Source of the DNA: Eledone cirrhosa
Lineage: Eukaryota
NCBI GenBank assembly: GCA_964016885.1
Contig: OZ024742.1
Location: 314,898,001 to 314,962,000, forward strand
Direction: 5' to 3'
DNA length: 64,000 nt
The position numbers and the translations under genes were made by a program. Shown piece after piece: positions 53,481-64,000 of this stretch. The notes below the pieces were generated by a model that was not told where the DNA came from, searched no databases, and saw nothing but the letters and a program-made list of their open reading frames with translations. Every line of letters starts with the position of its first letter. The first letter of the stretch is position 1.

Positions 53481-54694
53481 TAAGAGAAGGTAGAAGGGAT
53501 ATACTGTCTTTAGGACGTGGATGTGAATTGAGTATGCACTTAAAACTTACCCGCAAGTGGCAAACAGACGTGAACCCGAGGAGATCTATGCGAGCATGCC
53601 TCTTCCACATGTGATATGTCAATAGACTTAACCCCCGTTTCACAGCAGCAATCTTCTAGGCAGCCTGTTTATTCCCGCTTTCGAAAGCTAGATCGTTCCA
53701 TTGTGTAACAGCAGTTAGGCCAGTTTTAATAGTAATATGATTAGCTTCACCCAGAAATCTGTCAAGATGAAGCTGTATGAGAAACGGTGAGTAGATGTCG
53801 CAGACAAAGCCTCCAAGATTGAAGGCAATAGCTGCACTTTCGTTTTTTCTGAAAGTAACGCGTTCGGCTGGCCGTTTGACAACACTCTCTGTGCAGAGGC
53901 TTTGCTATATCACATCAGTGTATATAGTAACGAGCAGACATTCACTGAGGATACAGCATATACTAAGATTTCTGAAAGGTGAGTAGATACGTTTACTCAT
54001 AATTCCTCTGTTTATTAGAGCTGCAGCCATTTCAAACGAAGACCAAACTGGATGCCTGGCATCAGGAATGTTGACAGGTGGGCTCAGCTTTCTTTCAGTC
54101 GAGCTATACAATCGGTGTAATGTACGCGATTACTGTCCATAGAGAACGTAGAAGCGAATAGTGACGATGATCTTACGGAAATTCAGGATGTCGACGACAA
54201 CCATCTGTTTGAGCTATATGGTACGGAAACTCTGGCTAATTGTTCAGGCATTACCACTTCAAGAATATCTCTACATGCATGGAGATGCCTTCGACCAAGT
54301 CACAAAACCATTCTATTATTTTTTTATTTTTTTTTATCTGAAGAAAGCTAACTTTGGCAATAGGTCTGAGAGAACAACTATACCTCTCTAGCCAGTTTTA
54401 TCTGGATTTTCCGGGAACAGAGAAATGTGCCACTTAATATAACCTTGAATCTTTTCAATCTGTCTCCATCTTACTCAAAGTGTGCAATGGTTGTCTGTAT
54501 CTCAACATGAAACTGTTCATATTACATAAACCACTGTTACCTTTAACAAGAAACTGTCTCTTTACAGCTAACAACGGAGTAGTCTATAGGTTAAATTTCA
54601 ACCGAAATTTCGAAAGAAGACAAAGTAGAATATTTCCATTCATCGTACTAGAGTTGCCTCCCATGTAGCAATTGCCGCCAGTAACCGAGATATT

Positions 54695-54880
54695 AATTGT
54701 TTCTACTTTTTGGCACAAGGCCAGCAAATACCCAGTGCATTACTGGTACTTTATTTTAACGACCCCGTAAGGATGAAAGGCAAAGTTAACATCAGCGGGA
54801 TTTGAACTCAGAATCACAAGGGCCGTAACTCTATGCGTCAAAGCATGGTGTCCGACCCTCTACCGATACTGCCAATCCAC
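54695..54880 (-). mobile_element. SINE family 1
   Basis: Reverse complement of the consensus. Confidence 0.85.
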
Positions 54881-55844
54881 TGTAACACGTCAATGACTAT
54901 GAAGCGCCGGAGCAACATAGCGAGCATTATGCGTCTGTCAAACTTTAATTAATGCTATTCCGAAACAACTGTAGCAAAACACTGTAGTTCTGATCATTTG
55001 AGCATAAACATATTTCATACATTAATATTTAGGATAACTATTTATCTTTTGTCTTTGATTTTCTTGTTAAAGAAATAATAGATCTATTGATGAAAGCAGC
55101 TATCTGTGCCAAATCAGCTTTAATCTTTATCTATTTGTATTTCATTTAGTGCTTGTTTTACTTGTCGTATAGTGTCTATGTAAAAATAAATCAATATAAC
55201 CTACACACTCAAATTAAATTGCTTCAGCTATAATATTTTCTTTTAATCTTTTGCTGAAAATGTAATTATAAAAATGTGTTTTTATTTGCTTCCAAAGTCA
55301 TTGTTTAATACATGACTTTGAAGCTGTGCAAAAGAGATGTTGAAAGAGGGAGTTGTATTAATATATGTTAGTTCAATAAAGTAGCGTGATACTACAGTGC
55401 GGCGAGTTACACGAGGGAATACATATGTAGTCGTAAACGATTATTTGTATCACCCTTCATAGGTAAAAATGAAAGTATATGGTGTGGGGATGTTGGGTAA
55501 TATTTCCACATATTTTTTTCCATTTTTTTTTTAGATGTTCACAGAAAGAATGGGTGAAACGTTAGCTCCTTTGAGTGAGATATACATAAATCACATCAAA
55601 TGTTTGGGTCAAAGAGAAACTTTTATTTAAAAATGTTTTCCGAGCAAGTATAATGATGCGTATATTATTATATTTTGTATATGGTTCTGTATTTATTAGT
55701 TAATTCTTCAGAGTTTTATATAGTAGAGATTGGGGTATTGAAGAGTAAAATTTAACAATATCGAATTGATTAAAACTAGATATACGCTTATTTTCGATTT
55801 TATTGAAGCAGCGTTTTGAAAGTGTTACTATTATTTCATTGCTA

Positions 55845-55985
55845 TGAGTTCAAATCCCTCCGAAGTTAACTTTGCCTTTTATCCTTATGGGGTCGATAGA
55901 ATAAAGCACTAGTAATGTACTGGGGTCTATTTAATCGACTTCCCCTCCCACCAAATTACTGGCCCTGAGCCTATACTAGAAATCA
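55845..55985 (+). mobile_element. 5'-truncated SINE family 1 with ~15-bp target-site duplication
   Basis: ttatttcattgctat occurs on both sides (~55831-55845 and ~55986-56000). Confidence 0.8.
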
Positions 55986-57121
55986 TTATTTCATTGCTAT
56001 AAAGAATAAGCTTTCACATTGATATTAACTGCATTTAAGATACTCCTAATCCTCTCAGAGTTTGACATACCTAAGTTGACTTCGTCCTCGTAAATGACCG
56101 ATTTGGTATTGCATCCTGAGTCTTCTAGTGATTTGGCATTACTAATCACAAATGATTTTACGATATGTGCATAGCAGTAGCTGATCTTAACGAGATATCT
56201 ACTGGAGATTTTACTGTATCTGTGTGTTAAAAACACACGTAATTAAATCTCATGATCATTGATGGTGACGAACCTACGTGCTAAATCTAAAGACATAACT
56301 AATGGTGGTGGTCTTGATATTGATGGGTACACGTTCATAATATCAAATTGGCTAAACTCGGATATGACTGAAGTGCTTTTTATCCAAGCACTCAACATTC
56401 CTAATCTATGTGTAAGTATTTGGCAATAGTCTTAGCCATGCCATTAATATCGTTGTAGACGCCTGCTCCTATTTCCTGATATTTGCTAGTGATATTGTTA
56501 AGTACCAGTTGGTCATATTTATCTCGATATAGTTTGTAAACGAATTGGTGAATGAGCGTGAATAATTATGATAAAACACAGTCGTTGCAAACAACTGATC
56601 ATATAGGATAATAGCTTCTGAAACATAGAAATTGTTTTCTTGTAATAAGCTACCCCACATTCATGATCTCTCCGATAAACTTCTACAAAATATAATCGAA
56701 AGTGGTATAGATCGATTTTAATAGAATATCTTCCTAATTGAAACTGCCTTGTTCACGGCTGATGCTTCAACAGATAGAAATTAAAACAACAATAAAGTTC
56801 TGCTTCTAAAAATGCTGTATAGTCACGGTAATGAAGATACCCTTTTCTTTCCAATTGCTAAAGAAACTGAATCTGACGAAGCAGGGCATTTAAAAGACCT
56901 TTCTATTAGCACGGAGCTATTCATACTGTTGAATGATGTTCACAAACGTAGAAATCATAAAATAAACTAAAGCAGAGATCAAGAATACTAATGCATACAG
57001 ATTGTTAAATGAATGATGTTTGTGAATATTATCCAACGTTGATAATGATGTTTCCTGCAAATATTCATTTCACCATTGGATAATATACACAAATATCATT
57101 CATCTAACAATGCACTGCCAA

Positions 57122-57540
57122 GGGCAGTGGATTAGCAGTATTGCCAGGGCATCGGACAAGTTTTGCAGCATATATTTACGTCCCTTTACGTTCTGAGTTC
57201 ACATTCCACCGATGTTAGTAGTGCTTTTCATCCTTACGAAAGTCAATAGAATATAGTACCAGTAACCCTCAGGGGTCGATTTAATCGGATTTCCCCTCAC
57301 CTAAAATTATTGGCCGTGTGCATAAATCAAAAGTCATTATTAATATAGACCCGGCGGTGGATTGGCAGTATCGGTAGAGGGTCGGAAGCCATGCTTTCCA
57401 GCATAATTACGTCCCTTTACGATCTGAGTTCAAATCCCGCCGAGGTTAACTTTGCCTTTCACCCTTACGGGGTCGATAAAATAAAGTACCAGTAATGCAC
57501 TTGGTAATTGCTGGCCTTGTGCCTAAAGTAGAAACAATTA
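57122..57540 (+). mobile_element. Two SINE family 1 copies (old and young)
   Basis: The younger copy at 57352-57540 is flanked by the direct repeat attattaatataga. Confidence 0.85.
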
Positions 57541-58239
57541 TTAATATAGAGCCTTCATTTGAAATACAAGTCTTTACTAAAACATTTAAGCGTCGTGTCA
57601 AGAAAAGACGACTGGGAGATTGGGAGAAAACACTGTTCTCCGAACTCTTTGAAATAGAGCTAACATCGAACAACGTAATATTGTGGATGAAAGAGAAAGA
57701 ACTATAAAAAAAAATAGTTTTCACAGGTTGCGATTTTAATGGTAAAGCTCACAAAGAGCTTTACTGTGTTCTGCAGCTTAACGATAAGTGGAGTGGGCAT
57801 TAGTATTGACGATGAAGGTTTTAGTTCTGACACATTAACGCAAAATATCAGTATCATGCAAAAACGTTCTATAAATATTATGTTGACAGGAGGAATTTTT
57901 CACTTCATCAAATAATTTAAGTAGAATTATTTAAAATCATTATGCATAGTTTGATGACTGTAAACTATTGATATCCTCAAAAAATTTATTATAATTATCT
58001 AAGAGGTCGGTTTTAACAAAATTCAAGGACCGAAAATCATTTGCTCATAAATTAGATATGCCAAGCTACCAAATTTGATTCAAGGTGTGCCGTATTATAG
58101 TAACTAAATAAAATATAACGAAGACTTAGCAACACAACAAATGGTTACAAAACACGTTGCTTTTCGTACTCTCTTGAATTAGACGAATATCAAAGTATAA
58201 AGCCGAGAAACATTTCCATGCTACACCCGCTCATTTTCC

Positions 58240-58500
58240 TAGCCGCAATCCTCCACTCCTGATGCGACATCAAAACATTTACACGACCGGATAAACACCA
58301 AACACATCGAGAATGATGTATCGGCCACTCTTAGAGAAATCACCGTCCTATACCTCACAGAGGAGGTTTTGGCCGCTCTGAGGCACATGCAGACCTCAGA
58401 AGTATACCACGTCCCCCTGACGATCAATCTCTATACGGGGAGGTCATCCTCTCTACTCCGAGGTCTTTCCCTGCCATCAGTAGCAGCGGCGGTGCTGTTG
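58240..58500 (+). pseudogene. CRE-clade retrotransposon fragment (region upstream of the RT core)
   Basis: INTKHIENDVSATLR..EEVLAALRH and GEVILSTPRSFPAISSSG resemble the CRE motifs KxxxGDxxGAxR..LxALxxKHP..RSFPxGSAGG. Confidence 0.45.
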
Positions 58501-59107
58501 GTTTCCAACCCAGCCGCTTCAAAGACTTTTTATTACCTCTCAATGCATGTAACTTAAATATGGAAGAATGTTAAAGATATCGAGGCTGTAAATAATTTCC
58601 ATAACAAAATATGAAGCTTAAAGGAAAAGATACTTCCGTATTTATAAATACTTTCATTGCTGAACCAAAGTATTGAAATACAAAATGATTTTTTTTGCTT
58701 CACTTGATTGGTAAGCCTACAACTTCATCACTTCACTTTAGCAGATACAAGCTCGGGCGCAGGTGGCGCAAAACTACTCTACCCTTGAGAAAATGAAGGG
58801 TATGTGTATTTTTTTCAAAGATATTCATTACATTCAATACATATGTTTGTAATGAAAGAAGGAAGATGTTCAATGAGGTAAGTATATTCGATAAAAGGGA
58901 AGAATTTCATAATATAAAAAATGAAGTTCTTGGCATATCTTTGGTATCCTTCCATACTTAACATTGATGGCAGTCAATCCGTGTAACAGGATACATAATA
59001 TAACTAAATAGCACCTGTTAAGATATGTAATTATAATGAAACAAGTACATATATATACACCCATATGTATTGTATATATATATATATGTGTGTGTGGGGG
59101 GGGGGGG

Positions 59108-59389
59108 GTGTAGAGCGTCGGGCTTACAAACGTGAGGTTGTGAGTTCGAAACTCCGACCGGGATTTGCGTTAAGTTCTTGAGCAAGACACTCTATTTCAC
59201 GTTGCTCCAGTTTACTCAGCTGTAGAAATTAGTCGTGACGTCACTGGTGCCAATCTGTATCAGCCTTTGCCTTTCCCTTGGACAACATCTGTGTCATGCA
59301 GAGGGAAGACTGGTTGGTATGCAAGGGGATAACTGATGGTCTTCTAAATACAAACCTTGCCCTGACCTGTGAAGGGTGTCTTCACACTT

Positions 59390-59390
<1 letters not shown>
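59108..59390 (+). mobile_element. SINE family 2 (CORE-like)
   Basis: gtagagcgtcggg...gtgagttcgaaactcc...ttcttgagcaagacactctatttcacgttgctccag. Confidence 0.8.
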
Positions 59391-59483
<93 letters not shown>

Positions 59484-59486
59484 AGA

Positions 59487-59682
59487 TGAAAAGATTCAGG
59501 ACCCCGATGGCTGAGTTCCTGTCGTTTCGACAGCTAGATACAGACTTGGATCACGCTGTCGAAAGGGCCAGAGTTCAACCGTCGGATTCCTGAATCTTTT
59601 CAGATTACCCACTCTAATACCCCAAGTATCGAGAACTCTGGTACATTATGGTCCACCTGGTATCTTACCACACCCTCTTTGT

Positions 59683-59683
<1 letters not shown>
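59487..59683 (+). repeat. Fold-back insert, family C, in (TA)n
   Basis: Imperfect arms ~59487-59534 and ~59555-59602. The tail attacccactcta..ctctggtacattatggtcca..cttaccaca matches the reverse complement of 21307-21385. Confidence 0.7.
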
Positions 59684-59713
<30 letters not shown>

Positions 59714-59725
59714 ATTTATATATAT

Positions 59726-59905
59726 AGTTTTAATATAGATGAGATTCTATAGGACTAGAACTGTTTCACTCTTTTGATGATTTCTAAAGAATGAAACAGT
59801 TCTAGTCCTATAGAATCTCATCTATATTAAAACTTTTATACTCTGCAATGTATAGAGTACCTTACTTACTGTGGTTACCTCCGATTCAACCCGGAATAAC
59901 GTATT
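59726..59905 (+). repeat. Fold-back insert, family D, in (TA)n
   Basis: Arms ~59726-59773 and ~59787-59834. Plus strand reads tTGATGA tttct aa agaat GAAAC agttcta GTC; ~70-nt tail. Confidence 0.75.
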
Positions 59906-60342
59906 TATATATATATATATATTCATTTATGTTTTGTGCTTCACCAATATATAGATCTGGTCATTCCGTTTAGTCATGATAAAATAGTAGGAACGGCACT
60001 CTATGTTATGCAACTCATCCATCGTTTATGTTGAATCCAGGGTTTGTAAAACGAAATGACTGAACTTTTGGTTATTTAGAATGTTTCTGTATTTCTGTAT
60101 TAATGGGTCAAGTAATTTGATGATTATTTATATATTTTGTGTAAACAAAAATATATAACTAATCTCCAATTTACTTAACACGTGAATACAAAAACCTTCT
60201 TGATAACAAAAGGCCAGTCATTGCATTTATCAAAACATATTTACCCCATAAAATGTCATTTGTAAAGAAAGCCCTGAGGTTTTAATATTATCACTATATA
60301 TATATATGTGTGCGTGTGTATGTGTGTGCGTATGTGTGTGTA

Positions 60343-60377
<35 letters not shown>

Positions 60378-60816
60378 ATGTGTGTGTACGTGTGTGTGTG
60401 TGCGCGTATGTGTGTGTATGTGTGCATGTATGTGCGTGTGTCTGTATGTGTGCATGTGTGTGCGTATGTGTGTATGCGTGTGCGCGTGTGTGTGCGTGTG
60501 TGTATGTGTGCGTGTGTGTGTATGTGCGTGTGTGTGTGTGTGTACGTGTGTGTGTGTGTATGTGCGTATGTGTGTGTGTAGGGGGGTGCTCTGTGTGTAT
60601 TAGACCTTATTGACGTTGGTGCTGCTCGTTAAAAAGAGTAGGGTGTCACTCTCTTTGAAGGAATGTTACTTGAAGTCGTGGATGGTGCTATCTTGCTATA
60701 ACCGTGGAAGCCGCTTTGTATAGTTATAACATTTCTTCAAATCACTTCACTCTATGTTCGGAGCAACAGTAGATAACGCTATTTCCGGTATTGATATCGC
60801 ATATCTATCTATCTAC

Positions 60817-63800
60817 CTCCGGATGGTATAGACGATCTTCACATCGGCTCCTCGATTATTGGATATATTACGTGTTAACAGTAAGTGTTTGTCTGTATTC
60901 TTACGTTATTGTGTTAATTAACCCCCTTGCCTGGTTCTTCGGACATTAGGATTAAATTATTTCACCCCCTTTGGGGTGAAATTTTTCATCCTACAAATCT
61001 TGTGATTGTCTCTACACTAGTGGTAATGGAAGCCATTACCACAGGTAACGATGACACGCCCACTAAACAATCTGAAGGGGAGCGCGTAGCGGAGGCAACA
61101 AGCCTCCCTACTGAAAGAATAATGATTATTAGAAACATTGAAAAAATGGAGCCTAAGCCTAATGAAAAAAATGTGAAAAACATTGACTCGGAAAAATTGC
61201 CAGCATTAATGGATGCCGTTTCAACTTTTCACAGTGCCACACCCATCAGCAAAGGTGAAAGAGAAGTAGTAGCTGTGACTACAAGTCTCTCGGATACTGA
61301 AAATATAAGTGAACATTTTAAAAAAATGGAGTCTAACCCCAACGGGGAAAAAAATGTGAACGCATACACCAACATAAATAACACAAACACAACAAAAAAT
61401 GAAAATTGTAACAACAAAAAACAAGAAAACAACCACATTTCGACAAATGTAAACAGAGAGGGGGCGAACAAAATGACGTTCGCTCAAACTATTACTGGAA
61501 GCTCAACTTGTCTTTACCGGCAAGTAAAGCTTACAGGAACCGGATTAGTACATTAATTAAGGAGCGATTGACAGGCGCCATCGTCAACAGCATGTGGTGG
61601 GGCTCTCTCAAAAGAGAGATTAGAGTAGCTTCAATAGGAGTTAGTAAGGAGTTAGTCTCAGATAGAAATAGGAAGGAAAGGGAGTTGGTAGATAGTGTAG
61701 AAGAGGCAATTAGAAGCGGCGACGTAGCCAGAGTGCTAGCGTCGAGAACGGCCTTGGGCCAGTTCTTCGACGCCAAACACGAAGGCTGCGTTGTCCGAAG
61801 CAAAATACGTGCTCTGGGAAACGAGGGGACCAAAGCTGTTAGCTGGGCCCGCATGACAGAAGCCAAAAGTGGGATTAGATCCACTATCCGGTCTTTGCGA
61901 GATCAGGTTGGACGGTGATCCTTGAACCTAAGCAGATGTGCGAGGCCTTTCAAAGGCACTTTGCCCGATTGTTTGGAAGGGGCGAGGGGCCGGATGGGGA
62001 TGTGGACCTCGGTCCATATCTCGACGACCTGCCGCGTCTTTCGGACGAGGAGGCGAAGTCCTGCGAGAGGCCGATCTCAGCTGCTGAAATAGGGGACGTG
62101 CTGAGCCAATGCGGCAGACGTAAATCTCCGGGCCTCGATGGTCTTCCATACGAACTGTATTTAAGTATGCCGGACTTGGTCTTAGATCTCCTCGAAGCTG
62201 TCTACTGCAACTGGCAACAGAACGGTAAAATTCCCTGACCTGTGACCAAGGACGTAGTCTCGCTAGTGAGGAAGGACGAGAACAAGGGGATGAAATAAGT
62301 AATTTTAGGCCCATAACTCTGCTAAATGCAGAGTTAAAGATTTTGGCCAAGGTATTAGCAAAGAGGTTGGCGCTTGTTGTGGGCAACCTGGTGGGAGATG
62401 CGCAGACATGCGCCATCCTGTCCAGGTCCATTCACGACAACCTCCATCTCATGCGATACATCATAGAGAGGGTTGGGAACGAACCGGCTTTGGTGGGGCT
62501 CTGATCAACTTGGATCAATCTAAGGCATCGATAGGGTCGACCGTCGTTAACTGGATGCGATGCTAGTGGCGGCAGGTTTCGGACCCGTTTTCAGGGGCTA
62601 GATCACTGCCATGCACAGCAGCCGCATCTGCTCTACGGTCAAGGTGAACGGCTACCTCTCGAAATCACGCGGTCCATCCGACAGGGATGCCCTCTCTCCT
62701 CCCTTCTGTATGTATTGGCCCTAGAGTGACTGTTGCGTAAGTTGAAGTTGTTACAGGGCATCCATTTGGAACCGGTATTGCGAGAAGCGGTGTCGGCCTA
62801 CGCCGATGACGTGACAGTAATGGTGTCAACCGCCTCGGAAATCGGGGTGATCGGCACTTTACTGGAGGAATACGAAACGTTTACAGGGGCTAAGCTGAAC
62901 CGGGACAAGTCAGTCGGTATGCAACTCGGCGAGTGGATGGGCAAACCGATGTCCTCCAACGGCGTCGACGGACGTTGGACGGAGGACCCGGTGAAGTTGC
63001 TCGGGGTCTGGTTCAGGCCAGACCTCCAGGTGGAGAAGAACTGGGGTGAGGTATCGAACAGGGTGTTAGCGCTGACGCGGAAGTGGGCTGAGTGCAAACT
63101 ATCCCTGAAAGGTCGGGCGGAGGTGGCGAACGCTTATATAGCGTCCGTCATCTATTACCGCCTGACCGTCGTGCCTTGCCCAAGAGAAACGCTCAACAAA
63201 ATGGAGCGCGCACTCTTCCAATTCCTTTGGAAGAAGCGGGCTCCTTTGGTGAGGCGATCCATCTGCTATCAACACCCTTCGAAAGGAGGGCTGGGGATGC
63301 CGTGGCTGCTGATGCGTAAACACGCATTAAGGCTACGGCACCTCCAGGTACTCCTCACCGGTCAACCGGTGTGGGCCCCGTTTGTGAGGCGAGCCTTTCC
63401 GAGACTCGTCTCGCTCACCGAGCTGCAGTCCTGGGTCAAGCAAAGACCGAGAAAACTGGGCGCCTGGCACACCGAGTGTGCCCAGGCACTCACGGCACTC
63501 TGGCAGGCGGACCCAGCTATCGGTGAAGACACCACCTCGTCATTCTATAGAAGGCTGGTGGTTAGTAGGTGCGACGACGCCCTCGGACAAGCCCTAGGCA
63601 TGGAAGAAGACAAACTGGCCAGCCTATTCGGGATGACATTTGGCCTAGGACCTATGGACAACTTCCAGAGGTCCCTGGCCTGTCAGTGCTACCGAGGGGC
63701 GCTGCCCGTTCGAGAAAAACTCTACAGACACGGGCGCCCGGGTAGGGACCCCTCGAAAAAATCTGTCCCAGATGCGTGCGCGACGAGGAAACCGTTGCGC

Positions 63801-64000
63801 ACGCAGTGGTACAGTGCTCGGGCGTGGCCGATCTGTGGGGCTATGTCGAACGACTGCTGTCACGGTTGGGACCAATCCGGTTGACCACTGAGTCCATTGT
63901 AACGATCAAGCCGTCTCCCCCTTCAAAAATGAAGGAGAGGCGGTCTTCCTCTGTGTAATAGCCATGGTGAAAGGGGTGGTTTGGTGGACACGTTTGAAAG
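60817..64000 (+). mobile_element. L1/Tx1-clade LINE with ORF1-to-ORF2 internal deletion; runs off the window end
   Basis: The Asn-rich ORF1 start jumps at ~61495 into ORF2 (WKLNLSLP). The RT motifs FRPITLLN and AYADD are present but degraded. It is closely related to 27916-32128 and preceded by a short (TATC)n at 60802-60816. Confidence 0.88.

Noticed and set aside
53102-53643. Poly-Pro/Thr/His/Val ORFs resembling extensin or formin
   Set aside because: They are translations of (GGT)n/(GTT)n low-complexity DNA with no domain signature.
57560-57860. DWEKTLFSE, resembling Tc1 WxxVLFSDE
   Set aside because: A single short degenerate motif, not enough to annotate.

Overview
This is eukaryotic, AT-rich, microsatellite-dense non-genic DNA. 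The tRNA-derived SINE families and repeat landscape suggest an octopus/coleoid genome, but that is an inference. I recognise no host protein-coding exon, and most short ORFs in the track are translated microsatellites. The window holds four L1/Tx1-clade LINE copies, several R4/Dong-clade copies, RTE and CRE fragments, about 25 copies of two tRNA-SINE families, a degraded mariner, a mariner-type MITE, a Helitron-like non-autonomous element and a probable Chapaev3-like fragment. The most striking signal is not visible in the ORF track. About ten short (0.1-0.6 kb), non-coding fold-back (inverted-repeat) inserts sit in or beside (TA)n tracts and belong to several unrelated sequence families. Many contain recognisable minimal type I hammerhead ribozyme motifs (CUGANGA...GAAA...UH with tiny or palindromic stem III), in two cases on both strands of one long hairpin. 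This matches Penelope-like element pseudo-LTR / retrozyme biology. The inversion junctions often fall in the ribozyme core or stem II, and retroelement clades appear to partition by microsatellite target. All alignments and folds were done by eye and coordinates are approximate to a few nt.
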